A stretch of DNA of 64,000 nucleotides, taken from an uncultured Spirochaetota bacterium (GTDB lineage Bacteria; Spirochaetota; Spirochaetia; SZUA-6; Fen-1364). Of this stretch, positions 47,809-59,191 are shown piece by piece; the stretch's first letter is position 1; each line of letters begins with the position of its first letter. The notes under the pieces were generated by a model. The model was not told the origin of the DNA and did no database searches. It worked only from the letters and a program-made list of their open reading frames with translations. Location: the NCBI GenBank assembly GCA_963734545.1, contig CAVTHO010000008.1, positions 160,001-224,000 of the forward strand, written 5' to 3'. Position numbers and translations under genes: made by a program.

Positions 47809-48780
47809 ATGCTTAAGATTTTAGGACGATTCGATCAGCAGAAAATAGTACTTGTCAGTGTGATACTTGTGATAACCCTGGCAATGTCAATCTTGTCAGC
47901 CAAGTTTTTCAACATTGACAATTTCGTCAACATACTGCTTCAGATCGCTCCGCTGATCATTGTCGCTTCGGCGGCCAATCTTCTCATGATCACAGGGAAT
48001 TTTGATCTGTCGGTAGGAAGTGTATTCGCTTTCTGCGCGATTATGCACGCTTACATGACAAAGAACGTGCTGCCGATTGGATGGTCAATCCTGTTCTCCT
48101 GTGTCCTGGCTATTCTATGGGGAGCTTCAAACGGAATCATGGTTGGGATCCTGAACGTAAATCCCTTTATCGCCACAATGGGTTCCATGTACGCGGCGAG
48201 AGGTTTTGCCTATCTCATTGCCAGATGGGACGGCGGAGCGAACATATCGGCGGGGCTTCCGCCGGATTTCAGCGATTTCGGACGAACAAACGTTTTCGGC
48301 ATTGTTCCAATCATTATCATTTTCATGATAGTCGTAGTTGCAGTTTTCATATTCATTGAGAAGAAGACCGTCCTTGGAAGATACAGTTATTCTATCGGGT
48401 GCAATAAAAGCGCTTCAAAGCTTTCCGGGATAAATGTTCCACGTGTTTTGATCATCATATACATGATTGTCGGCTTGCTCGCCGGATTGTGCGGTGTCAT
48501 CCAGGTATCCCGCGTAGGATCGGCATATCCGAATATTGGCACCGGGATGGAATTTGATGTGCTTCTGGCAATATTCCTTGGCGGCACCAGTATGCTCGGT
48601 GGTGAAGGTTCTACATTTGGAATGATACTTGGAGCATTTATCGTTGGCCTGGTCGCGAACGGACTGAATCTGCTCAACGTACCGTATTTCTATCAGGAAG
48701 TAACAAAGGGAGCGCTTCTGATAATCGCCGTTCTTGCTGACCAGATGTTGAGAAGGCGGAAGCAACCGGGGGGTGCATGA
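47809..48780 (+). CDS. Monosaccharide ABC permease (RbsC-like), AT-rich
   Basis: GNFDLSVGS, PFIATMG, ASKLSGINV, LGGTSMLGGEGS. Confidence 0.92.
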   Translation: MLKILGRFDQQKIVLVSVILVITLAMSILSAKFFNIDNFVNILLQIAPLIIVASAANLLMITGNFDLSVGSVFAFCAIMHAYMTKNVLPIGWSILFSCVLAILWGASNGIMVGILNVNPFIATMGSMYAARGFAYLIARWDGGANISAGLPPDFSDFGRTNVFGIVPIIIIFMIVVVAVFIFIEKKTVLGRYSYSIGCNKSASKLSGINVPRVLIIIYMIVGLLAGLCGVIQVSRVGSAYPNIGTGMEFDVLLAIFLGGTSMLGGEGSTFGMILGAFIVGLVANGLNLLNVPYFYQEVTKGALLIIAVLADQMLRRRKQPGGA

Positions 48781-50308
48781 TGGAGAACGATGCCATATTG
48801 AGCATCAGGGGAATAGATAAGGAGTATCCAGGGGTTCATGCCCTGGATAATATTGATTTTGATATTTACAGGAACAGCATACATTGCATCATAGGCGAAA
48901 ACGGTTCGGGAAAATCGACATTCATAAAGATACTGACGGGAGTCGTTGCGAAAACCAGAGGCACCATATTGTTCAACGGCAAGCCGTTTGATCCAAAAAA
49001 TGTCAAAGACGCGAAAAGCCATGGCATTGTCGCCTTATACCAGGAACTGAATGTGGTGAATGATCTGACTGTCGAAGAGAATCTCACTCTTGGAAGGGAG
49101 AAGCATAGATTTGGCATGATCCAGAAGGATGACAGCCTTGATAGAATAGTTTCGATTCTCAAGGAACTCGATAAGACGATCAAGCTCAACATGACGGTAG
49201 GCGAGCTGAGCACCGCGCAAAAACAGATCATTGAAATTGTCAAGGCGGTTTCGATTGACTGCAAGGTACTGGTAATGGATGAGCCCACCGCTTCATTAAG
49301 CGAGGAAGAAACAAGCAAGATTTTTGAAGTGGTCAAGAAGCTGAAGGCCAGCGGGATGACCGTTATCTATATATCTCACAAGCTAAGCGAAGTATTTGAA
49401 ATAGGCGATTTTGTTACCGTGTTCAGAGACGGAAAAATCATCGCAACCAAAACTATTCAAGAAATCAACAAGGAATGCAAAGGCGATATTCCGATGCTTG
49501 TCTGGAACTGGTCAAAATGATGCTTGGAAGGGTCGTCATAGAATCCTACATACCAAGCAAGACCGACTATTCAGAAAAGATCCTGGAGGTCAAGAACCTG
49601 AATACTGATTTGCTAAAGAATGTAAATTTCGATCTTTTCAAGGGAGAAATTCTGGGATTCTACGGATTGGTGGGAGCTGGGAAAACCGAAGTGGCGCGTG
49701 TTCTTTTTGGAATCGATGTCTACTCCGGGGAAATACGTGTGAAAGGAAAGATAGCAAGACTCAATAGAGTAGGGGATGCTTTGAAAAATGGCATTGCCAT
49801 GATCCCCGAGGAAAGAAGAGAAGATGGGGTTTTTGGGAAACTTTCAATTAAAAACAACATTCCAATGATGAAAATCAAGTCGATTCTTAAGAATGGTATC
49901 ATCAGCAGGCAAAAAGAAAACAGAATTGCGGATGACTACATCAAGATGCTTTCAATCGCAGCCAGAGACAGGGAGCAGAAAGTCGCGTTCTTGAGCGGAG
50001 GAAATCAGCAAAAGGTTGTCATATCCAAGTGTCTGAACAGGGAAAGCGATGTGCTTCTGATGGATGAACCGACCAGAGGTATAGATGTCGGAGCGAAACT
50101 TGAAATTCATAACATAGCAAGAAATCTTGCGAATCAGGGCAAGGGCGTTATCGTATTTTCATCGGAACTGCCGGAAGTTCTTCATTTATGCGACAGAATC
50201 GTATTTATGAATAGCGGGAGAGTTTCAACCATTATCAAGAACGGGAATAATATGAATAACGACGATATTATGAAAATTATCGCAGATGGAGAGCAGAAAT
50301 ATGAATAG
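48777..50308 (+). CDS. Monosaccharide ABC ATPase (RbsA-like, two NBDs), frameshift near 49490
   Basis: GENGSGKST, VMDEPT, LSGGNQQK, MDEPTRGIDVGAK, SSELPE. Confidence 0.93.
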
Positions 50309-51289
50309 GAAAATAGATTTTGCAAAAATATCTAGAAATCCAATATCGATTATTGTTACATTTTTCATAGTAATCAACATATTTTTTATCATGACGGCAT
50401 ATGATAGTTTTTTTCAAATCTGATAACTATTTCAATGTGCTAAAGCAAACAGCGATGATTATTATCGTCGCTTCAGCAGCGACAATTCTTATGATGACGG
50501 GGAATTTTGACCTGTCTACAGGAAGCGTAGCGGCTTTTGCAGGTTGTGTCTACGCCTTGCTGATCAAAAACGGGATGCAACTGATTCCGGCAGGAATCTA
50601 TGCGGTTGTTGTTGGAATCGCCATCGGTATCATAAATGGAGCAATGGTTACGAAACTTAATTTCCCCCCTTTTATCGCTACGCTGTGTATGATGTACATT
50701 TCCAGGGGAATTGCTCTGATATTGGCGAATGGAGCAACTATACGCGACAATATGCCGCCGGAAATAGGCAATTTGGCAAGCAGAGACGTTTTTGGACTAC
50801 CGATATTTGTTATCTTCATAATCATTGCGCTGATCATCTTTGTTTTTATTGAAAAAAGGACCCTTCTTGGAAAATATGCGCTCGCTATCGGCGGAAATAA
50901 AAACGCGGCCTTCTTTTCCGGAATTAATACGGGAGCGATTATTCTTTGCCATCTATATCATTATTGGAGGGCTTGCCGGGTTTGCGGGAGTCATGTACGC
51001 GTCAAGACTAAGCGCCGGTGATCCGAGAGGCATGGTTGGTTTTGAATTTGATGTAATTCTCGCAATCATTCTTGGGGGCACAGGCCTTTCAGGCGGTAAA
51101 GGTTCCGTTATCGGTACTTGTTTTGGCGCCTTGGTTGTCGCAACCTTGGGAAATGGTCTGGATATGTTGAACATATTGACATTCTGGCAGAGCATTCTGA
51201 AAGGCATCATTTTCGTTCTGGCCATAGTTTTCAATGAGAAGATTCTAAAGAATATCGGCAAGAAAACCTTAGTTACAGCGAAAGCGTAG
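50301..51289 (+). CDS. Second monosaccharide ABC permease, frameshifted
   Basis: GNFDLSTGS, PPFIATL, AIGGN..AA..SGIN, LGGTGLSGGKGS. Confidence 0.9.
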
Positions 51290-51574
51290 AGGAAGGATTA
51301 GTCGGCCAGGTCAGGCAAAGAGAATTTGAATGTGGGGAATCAAGGTTGGGCAGGTGAGGCCTATTTGGAAGAGGATAGAAAAAATGGATTCTGGTTGCGA
51401 CAACAGGGCTTGTCCGCTTCAGCAGGCTGCGGTAATTGCTGAGCTCGGAGAAGTTGCTCGAGGTCAGGCATGCCTGCCACCCTCCGATGCCGGGGACGTC
51501 CGAGTCGTGAGGCAGGCGCTCCCCGGCTGTTCGATAAGGCGGCCCGCGGGAATGCCGTGCTCATTTGAGTGAGT

Positions 51575-51603
51575 CGGTGGCTTGATTTCAGGGGTGCACT
51601 ACA
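51575..51603 (-). mobile_element. IS3-like terminal inverted repeat matching 44509-44536
   Basis: Reverse complement reads TGTAGTGCACCCCTGAAATCAAGCCACCG versus TGTAGTGC-CCCCCGAAATCAAGCCACCG on the left. Confidence 0.75.
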
Positions 51604-51625
51604 TGGTACAGTAAGGGACTATCAT

Positions 51626-52471
51626 ATGGACAAGCCTTCGTCGTCAACGCACGCCGGCAATACCGCCTACATCATCCCCAATCTCGACCGTGCACTGCGC
51701 ATCATGGAGCACCTGAGCACGCACCGGGAAGGCAGGTCGATCACGGAGATCGCCACGCAACTCTCTCTGCCGAAGAACAGCGTCTTCCGGATCGTGCGGA
51801 CGCTGGCGGCAAGCGGGTACCTCGACGAGCACGACAAGTCCTGGCGCCTCAGCCCCAAGATCCTCTCCCTCGGCTACACCGCCGTGCAGAGCACGAACCT
51901 CATCAGCGCGTGCATGGACGAGATGCGCATGCTGCGGGACGAGATCAATGAGACCATCTTCGTGGGCGCCTTGTCGGAAGGCAAGGTGGTCATTCTCGAG
52001 GAGCTCCCCTCCTTCCAGCTCGTCAAGTTCACCGTCGAGATCGGCCACAGGGTCCCCATCCATGCCTCGGCGCCCGGCAAGGCCATCCTGGCGCACCTGC
52101 CGCCCGCTGAACAGAAGGACCTTCTGGCGCACATTGCCTTCACCCGGTTCAACGACAGGACCATCCCCGGGACGAAAGCCATGCTGGCCGAGATCGAGAA
52201 GGTCCTGGGGCTGGGCTACGCGCTGGACCTCGGTGAGGAAGTGGCCGAAATCTGGTGCGCTGCCAGTCCCGTGCTCGACTACCGCGCGTATCCCGTCGCC
52301 TCCATCTGGCTCTCGGGCCCCGAGTTCCGCGTTGCCAAGATGGACCTGGCCCGTGTCGGGGCCCTCGTGCGGGAGCACGCGCTGCGCATCTCGAAGCAGT
52401 TCGGCTACGATCCGTCGGTTGCCCGGCAGCCAGGCGAGGGGAAGACGTCTGGCGATCCTGGTGCCTTGTAG
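51626..52471 (+). CDS. IclR family transcriptional regulator
   Basis: IPNLDRALRIME, LPKNSVFRIVRTL...GY, HASAPGKAILA, GYALD..E. Confidence 0.93.
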   Translation: MDKPSSSTHAGNTAYIIPNLDRALRIMEHLSTHREGRSITEIATQLSLPKNSVFRIVRTLAASGYLDEHDKSWRLSPKILSLGYTAVQSTNLISACMDEMRMLRDEINETIFVGALSEGKVVILEELPSFQLVKFTVEIGHRVPIHASAPGKAILAHLPPAEQKDLLAHIAFTRFNDRTIPGTKAMLAEIEKVLGLGYALDLGEEVAEIWCAASPVLDYRAYPVASIWLSGPEFRVAKMDLARVGALVREHALRISKQFGYDPSVARQPGEGKTSGDPGAL

Positions 52472-52487
52472 GGGAGGGGGTGCACGC

Positions 52488-53361
52488 ATGACCGAGATCA
52501 CGCGCATGGAAGCCCAGAACCAGTGCGGCGAATCACCCGATCTGGGACCCGCGGACCGCGACGCTGTCCTGGGTGGACACCGAGAGGCCGCTGCTCTGCG
52601 CGCTCTCCGACGGGAGCGCGCAGGCCGTGACGATGCCGACGAGCCGGCTCGTGCAGTCCATCGGCCTTCGCCGCTCGGGCGGCTGGGTGGCGGTGGTACG
52701 GGACGGGTTCGCGCTGCTGCAGGCCGACGGCACGGAAGCTCGCTTCCTTGGCAACCCCGTCGAGGGTCTTCCTCACATGACCATGAGCGACGGTACCGTG
52801 GGCCCGGACGGACGCTTCTACGCGGGATCGTTCAACGTGCAGGACCTCGACGCGGCCGACGGGTGCCTCTACCGCGTCGACCACGACGGCGCCGTGGCGA
52901 TAATCGAGACCGGCCTCGTCCTTCCCAACGGGATGGCGTTCAGCCCCGACGGGGGAACCCTGTACGTGACGGAGATGTGGGTCCGCCGCATCGTGGCCTA
53001 TGACTTCGATGCCCAGGCGGGGACCCTCTCGCGCCGCCGGCTGCTCGTGACCGTGCCCGAGTCCGAGGGATACCCCGACGGCCTCATCGTGGACGAGGAG
53101 GGCTGCCTGTGGAGCGGCCACTGGCAGGGGTTCCGGGTCACCCGCTACGACCCCGACGGCAGGAAGGTGCGCCACGTCGATGTTCCCGTGCCCACGGCCA
53201 CCTGCATGGCGTTCGGCGGCCCGGACCTCGACCGGCTCTACATCACGACGGCCAAGAAGGGCCTGACGCCGGAACAGCTCGCCGCGTATCCCTCCGCGGG
53301 CGACCTCTTCATGGTTCGCCCGGGTGTCCGCGGGCGCGCGGAGCACGAGTTCGCCGGTTAG
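52488..53361 (+). CDS. SMP-30/gluconolactonase family protein, frameshift near 52535
   Basis: CGESP.WD, LPNGMAFSPDG, YPDGLIVD, TCMAFGGPDLDRLYITTA. Confidence 0.9.
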
Positions 53362-53477
53362 CGACGCTGGTGCAGCATCGGGCAGCGCGCGGCCGGCGTA
53401 ATCCTGATCGCGCTGTGACGGTCTTCGATGCGGTCGCGTGTTCGTCCGTGTCCAGGACTTCCCGTACCTTGGCCGAC

Positions 53478-53664
53478 AACGGCTGGGCTATCTGCATTTC
53501 GACCTCAAGGAATACCGGGAAGCGCTCGCGTACTGGAGCGCATGCACAAGAAGGATCCCAAGAACGTCCGGGTGTTGACCTCCATTGGCAACTGCTATCG
53601 TAAGCTCAAGACGTATGAGAAGGGGATCCGTTCATCCGCTCTCGGCTCGAACATCGAGCTGTAA
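53478..53664 (+). pseudogene. Internal fragment of a TPR protein
   Basis: Across frames it reads LGYLHFDLKEYREALAYW / ERMHKKDPKNVRVLTSIGNCYRKLKTYEKGI. No start or SD, and stops lie upstream. Confidence 0.6.
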
Positions 53665-53685
53665 CGGGGCGCCCCGTCGTCCAGG

Positions 53686-54685
53686 CTACTGCCCCTCGGT
53701 TACCGGAAACAGCAGCTTCTGGTTCTCCGGCTGGAACATGTTGAGCCGCGAGATGTCGACCGAGCCCGTGTTGATGAATCGGGCGGGCTTCCGGCCGCGA
53801 ATGAGCTCCCGCGCCGTCGTGACTCCGAGATATCCCATGTTGAACGGCTTCTGCACGACGGTGTCGCGGATGATGCCCCGCTCCACGTAGTGCAGCACGA
53901 GCAGCGAATTGTCGAACCCGATGAGCGCGATGGACGCCGCCTTTCCCGGACTCGTCCAGCGCCCGGGCAGCCCCGCGAGCCGTGGGATCGTTCAGCGCCA
54001 CGATCCCGCGCAGGTGCGGCGTGCCGGCGATCAGCCGGGCAGCCTGCGCATACGCCAGCGTCGGCGTCCGCGTTGCTGTACAGCGTGTCGAGGAGCCTGA
54101 CCTTCCCGTCCAGGATGAGTCCCGTGCCCCCGATTCCCGGTCGATGGCGGTCGAGCTGCCCTTGACGTAGCTCATGATCGCCACCAGATCGCCCGGCCGG
54201 ACGTAGCGAAGGAGCGCCGCGGCGCATTTCTGGCCGCCCTCGTAGCTGTCCGTACCGATTCGGGCGTCGGCGTCATCCGAGCTGACAAAAGAGTCGATGC
54301 AGACAAGCGGGATCCCATGGCTCTTGACCTCCCGCGCCGTAGGGACGAGGAGGTTGAAGTCCGCCGCGGCCAGGACGATGGCGTCCGGCTTCTCGGGGAT
54401 TGCGTGTCTGCACGATTGCGATCTGGCCCTCGACATCGGTCTCCACGGCAGGCCCACGGATGGAGACCGTGATACCGAAGTCCTGGCCGGCGGACAAGAC
54501 CCCGTCCCTCACGTTGGCCCAGAACGGATTGGTGGGGAAGTCCACGGTCTTGAATATGACGATCAACCTTCCGCGTCGTCCCGGACGCCGGGCTGAGCAG
54601 ACCGGGCGCCGCGATACAGGACGGTGAGCGTCACAGCGCCAGCGACGGCCGCGGCCAGGAGAACGAGCACCGTGCGGCTTCTCAC
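53686..54685 (-). CDS. RbsB-like binding protein co-encoded with the two-component system, frameshifted
   Basis: N-terminal TM, NPFWANVRDG, KPDAIVLAA, IGTDSYEGG, VVQKPFNMGYLGV. Confidence 0.85.
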
Positions 54686-56435
54686 GTCACGCTCCCCGGA
54701 GAGCATGGGGATGCGGACCGTCGCGACCGTGCCCACGCCCGGTGTGCTCTCGAAGCTCACGCCGTACTCCAGCCCGAAATAGACGTGAATGCGCTCCTGC
54801 ACGTTCCGCACCCCGACGCCGTTGCTCGGACGGGGCTCGATCAGGCCGTCGCGAAGCGCGGAAAGCTGATCGGGGGCCATTCCCACGCCGTTGTCGCTGA
54901 TGCGGATCACCATCGACTCCCCGTCGCGCTCGCCCGTGATCCGGATGAGCCCGGGCCCCTCGATGTTCTTGATCCCGTGGTAGATGGCGTTCTCCACGAG
55001 GGGCTGGAGGAGAAGCTTGAGGATCTGGGACTCGTGCAGGTCCGGCGCGAAGGCGATCTCGTAGGAGAGCTTGTCCTTGTAGCGCTGCTTCTGGATCTCC
55101 AGGTATGTCTGCATGTACTCGATCTCCGTGCGGACGCTGATGGTCTCCTCTCCGCGGCTGATCCCGATGCGGAAGAAGCGGGCCAGGGAGGAGGTCATGT
55201 CGATGGCCCGCTCGTGTTTCCCCGAGCTCGATCATCCAGATGATCGAGTCCAGCGTGTTGTAGAGGAAATGGGGATTGATCTGCGCCTGCAGGGAGCGCA
55301 GCTCCAGCTTCCGCTTGAGCTCCTGCTCGCGGCGGTTCTGCTCGATGAGGTCGCGGACCTTCTTCACCGCGATGTCGCAGTCCCGGGCGAGCTGGTAGAT
55401 CTCGTTGCGCGCGTTGACGGTGATGTCGATGTCGAAGTTGCCGCTCTCCACGGCCTGCATCGAGTGCCGCAGGCTTTCGATCGGCTTGGAGATGTTGGAC
55501 GAGATGGCCACCCCGGCGGCGATGGCTCCCACCAGGACGAGCAGCGAGAGCATGAGGAACACGTACTCCGCCTGCCGGCTGGCGCGGAACAGCTCGTCCA
55601 GGTAGGAGACGGCCACGACGTCCCAGCCCGTCTCTTTCGAGCTCACCACCGTGTAGAGGATCGCCCGGCCGTCCACCACGGCGTTGAGATTCCCGCCGTG
55701 GAGCGACATGATTTCGGCGATCCGCTCCGACTTGAGGTTCCCGTAGATGAGCTGCTGCCGGGGGTGGTACACGATGTCTCCGCTGCGGCTGAGGATGAAC
55801 ACGTACCCGGAGGTTCCGAGCTGGATGTCCTTGCACAGGCGCGCGATGATCTCGTAGTTGAGGTCCACCTGGATGAGCCCGGGGCTCTCCTCGCCGGGTC
55901 CGACGGGCAGGGCGCGAACGAGGGAGATCACCCAGGGATAGCGATAGTCCACGAGGTTTTCCACGTGGGCGGAGGACACCGACGGCCGGTCCGGGACGAC
56001 CCCGGCCTCCAGCTCGCGAAACCGCTGGCGGAGGTCCACCGTGGGGTTCAGCGCGCCGCCAGTGGTGGCGGCGATGGCGCGCCCGTCCCGGGTGATGACG
56101 AACACGGAATCGATGTCCCGGCGGACGGCCCGGAGGGACTCGAAGGTGGCTTCGATCTTTCCCCGCAGCTGGGGAGAATCCGCACCGGGGTGCGACATGA
56201 ACTCGCGCACGTCCGCGTTGTTGATGGCCATCAGGGCGATGTCGTCCATGTAGCGGATGTAGTTCTCGATGATGCGGTTCAGCTGGCTCACCAGCTGCAT
56301 CGTCGTCTCCTCGGCGTTCTGGATGAGGATCTTGTGCAGGTAGTAGTACGACAGCGTGCCGAGCAGGACCAGGGCGAGCACGATGAGCGTGGCGAAGGCG
56401 CGGATCAGGGTGTCCTGGATGCGGCGGATCTTCAT
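54682..56435 (-). CDS. Cache/HAMP sensor histidine kinase (YesM-like), frameshifted
   Basis: LQAQINPHFLYNTLDSI, LQPLVENAIYHG, DNGVGM, GVGVRNV. Confidence 0.92.
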
Positions 56436-58047
56436 GCCGGCGCGGTCTTCCCTCTCCGCTGGGCCCGGAACTCCGTCGGGGTGATCCCGATGTGCCGCTT
56501 GAACATGGTGCTGAAGTACTGCGCATCGGGGTAGCCCGTGGCCTCGGCGATCTCGTACGTCATCAGGTCTGAGGTTGTCAGAAGCTCCTTGGCGCGCTCC
56601 ATGCGGTAGTCGATGAGGTAGTCTACCACGCTTCGGTCCAGGTGGCGCTTGACCAGCTTGGAGAGGTAGCTCGCGCTGATGGAGAGACTGGCGGCGATGG
56701 TCTGCACGGAGAGCGCCCGCTCCCCGTAGTGCCGGGCCACGTAGTCCTTGAAGTCGCGGACCTTCCATTCCGGGGCGGGAAGGTTGCGGCCGTCGAGGAT
56801 CGAGCCGGCGTAGGAGGTGAGCCGGACAAGGAGCGCCTGCACCTCCTCGGCAGTGCGGAGGCGTTGGACGGCGAGGTCGGTGTCCAGGTGGAGGTCCTGG
56901 GCCACGGCGGCCGGGGAGACGCCAAGGTCCCTGCAGCGCGTCCAGGACAGCGGCAAACAGCGCCTCGATCTCGTGCCGGACGCGCTGGGGAGAGATGCCG
57001 GCCTCCCTGAGGAGCGCTGCGAAGGCCGCTGCCTGGACCTCCGCGTCCGCCGATTCTCCGGCCACCGCAGCGCGGCAGAGTGCGCTCCCTCTGCTCGGCA
57101 AGCCCATCGAGGGTCAGCGGGTCGTCCTCGCGCGCTCTCCCGTAGCGAAAGACTCCTCCCGGCGGCGCAACGAGCCGGTAGGAAAGCGCGGCGGAGGCCT
57201 CCGCGAAGCTCCGGGCCGCCTCGCGCCACGAGCCGCATGGCCGGCCAAGGGCGACGATCGGAGCCGGCACTGAAGAAGGAGTCGGACGGGCGGGCGCCAC
57301 CGCCCGCGCGGCGATGGCAGAAGCCAGCCGGTCGCAGGAAATCGCGTCCTGCTCCAGCACAAGGACAGCCTCCCGTCCCTCGGCCGGGGAAAAGCAAAGA
57401 ACGCGGCGAGCGGAGCCGGCCACCTCGGCCGCGGCCGCCGTGAGCCCGGTCGAGCCGTCATGCTCTCCCGCGCCGCCCGGATCGATCTCGGCGACCACCA
57501 CGGCTCCGGCGAGTCCCTCCGGGGAGAAGCCGAAGATCTCCTGGAACCGGGCGTCCGTGGGCTGGGCCGGCGAGCCGCTCACGAGGTCGAGGAGGGTCCG
57601 GGTCCGCAGCAGGCTCGCGGCGGCGGCGGCGCGCTGCTCGAGGGACTTCACCTTCTCCCGGGAGCGCTGGAGGGAATCCAGCCGGACTTTCAGCCTCCCG
57701 AGCAGGCCGGTGAGATCCCGGGAAGTGACCGGTTTGAGCACGTATTCGAAGACGTTGCTCTTGATTGCTTTCTGGGCGTATTCGAACTCGTCGTACCCCG
57801 AGAGGATCACGATGACGATCTCAGGGTGATGCTCCGCGGCATAGGCGGCGACGCCCAGCCCGTCCACGCGCGGCATGGCGATGTCCGTCATGACCACGTC
57901 GGGTTGGAGGGCCTCCATTGCCTCGATGGCCTGCTCCCCGTTCTCGCACGGCTCGAGGAACTCGAAATCGAGGCTGGTCCAGTCGATCTTGCGTCGGAAA
58001 CCGCGGCGGACGATTTCTTCATCGTCCGCCATCAGGAACCTGTACAT
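56432..58047 (-). CDS. Long response regulator with AraC HTH (YesN-like), frameshifted
   Basis: MADDEE, PDVVMTDIAMP, SGYDEFEYA, YVLKP, GYPDAQYFSTMFKR. Confidence 0.92.
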
Positions 58048-58117
58048 CTGCTGCGCGCCGTTCATTGCCGCGCCCATGATAGCCAGATTCGGGCCGGCCT
58101 GCCAGTCGGAAACAAGG

Positions 58118-58153
58118 GCGGCCGCCCCTCCAGAGGAGAACAGGGGCGGTCGC
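58118..58153 (-). other. Intergenic stem-loop after the binding-protein gene
   Basis: Inverted repeat gcggccgcccct...aggggcggtcgc. Confidence 0.45.
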
Positions 58154-58167
58154 AGGAAATGGGCTGC

Positions 58168-59127
58168 CTAGTACAGGACGTTCTTGGCCGCGGGAGTGTC
58201 GATGTTGTCTTGCGTGACGATGATGAATCCAGTGTCGACCTTCGCGGGAACCTTCTTCTTGGCGAACGCCGCGTCATATGCAGTCTTGACCCCAAGATAG
58301 CCCATGTTGTAGGAGCTCTGCACGGCGATGGCCTGCAGCGTGCCGTCCTTGACGAAGTTCTGCAGGGCCGCGTTGCCGTCGAAGCCGATGGCAACGATCT
58401 TGCCTGCCAGGCCCGCCTGGGCGATGGCGCGGCCCATCCCGACCGCCGTGGGCTCGTTGGCGCCGAAGATCCCCACGAGATCCGGGTTCGAGGCCAGGAC
58501 GTTCGTGGTCTGGTTGAGCGCGGTGGGCATGTCGGCGTTGGAGTACTGGGTGGTGACGACCTTGAGTTTCGAGTTCTTCGCGATGTAGTCCTTGAAGCCG
58601 CCCACGCGGCCGATCTCGGAGCCGACGCCTGCCACGTACGACATGACCGCGATGTTCCCGCTGTCACTGCCGGTAGCGGCCTTGACGCGGTCGATCAACT
58701 CCTTCGCGCACGCCCTTCCCGCCGCGTCGTTGTCGGTGGCGAGGAACGAGACGTAGTTGGAAGTAGGCCCGGTCAACAGCGAGTCGATGATGACGACCGG
58801 GATGCCGGCGTCCTTGGCCTTCTTGACCACCGGCACCAGGGCGGTGACGTCCGACGGGGCAAGCACGATGGCCTTCACGCCGCGGTCAATCGCGCTTTCC
58901 ATGATGTTGATCTCTTCCGCAATGTTGCTCTCGGACTGGGGTCCGAGGAACGTCACCGAAAGCTTCGGTGTCTTCGCCTTCAGCTCTTTCTGCGCATCGA
59001 AGCATCCGGTCTGGACGTTCTGCCAGAAGCTGGAGTTGCCCGTCTTCACGATCACCGCGATTTCCTGCGCGGACACGAACCCGGCGATGAAGGCAAGGGC
59101 CACGAGAATGAACAAAAGCCTCTTCAT
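58168..59127 (-). CDS. Monosaccharide ABC substrate-binding protein (RbsB-like)
   Basis: Signal peptide, IAVIVKTGNSSFWQ, GIPVVIIDS, ATDNDAAG, IFGANE, IGFDG. Confidence 0.93.
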   Translation of the reverse strand: MKRLLFILVALAFIAGFVSAQEIAVIVKTGNSSFWQNVQTGCFDAQKELKAKTPKLSVTFLGPQSESNIAEEINIMESAIDRGVKAIVLAPSDVTALVPVVKKAKDAGIPVVIIDSLLTGPTSNYVSFLATDNDAAGRACAKELIDRVKAATGSDSGNIAVMSYVAGVGSEIGRVGGFKDYIAKNSKLKVVTTQYSNADMPTALNQTTNVLASNPDLVGIFGANEPTAVGMGRAIAQAGLAGKIVAIGFDGNAALQNFVKDGTLQAIAVQSSYNMGYLGVKTAYDAAFAKKKVPAKVDTGFIIVTQDNIDTPAAKNVLY

Positions 59128-59191
59128 ACCGACCTCCTTGAACCATCTTCGCGGTCCATACGGACCGCGGCTTTTTCCTGCCGCAAAGACC

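Noticed and set aside
38933-51289. Canonical lsr (AI-2) operon
   Set aside because: There is no LsrF or LsrG, and the binding protein is not recognisably LsrB. Only the layout is similar.
51300-51570. Short ORFs between the permease and the right IR
   Set aside because: No motifs or coding bias. Probably degraded DNA.
51582-51612. Hybrid promoter for iclR formed by the IS end (TTGATT...TACAGT)
   Set aside because: The 19-nt spacing is poor, and the extended -10 TGGTACAGT outside the IR could work alone.
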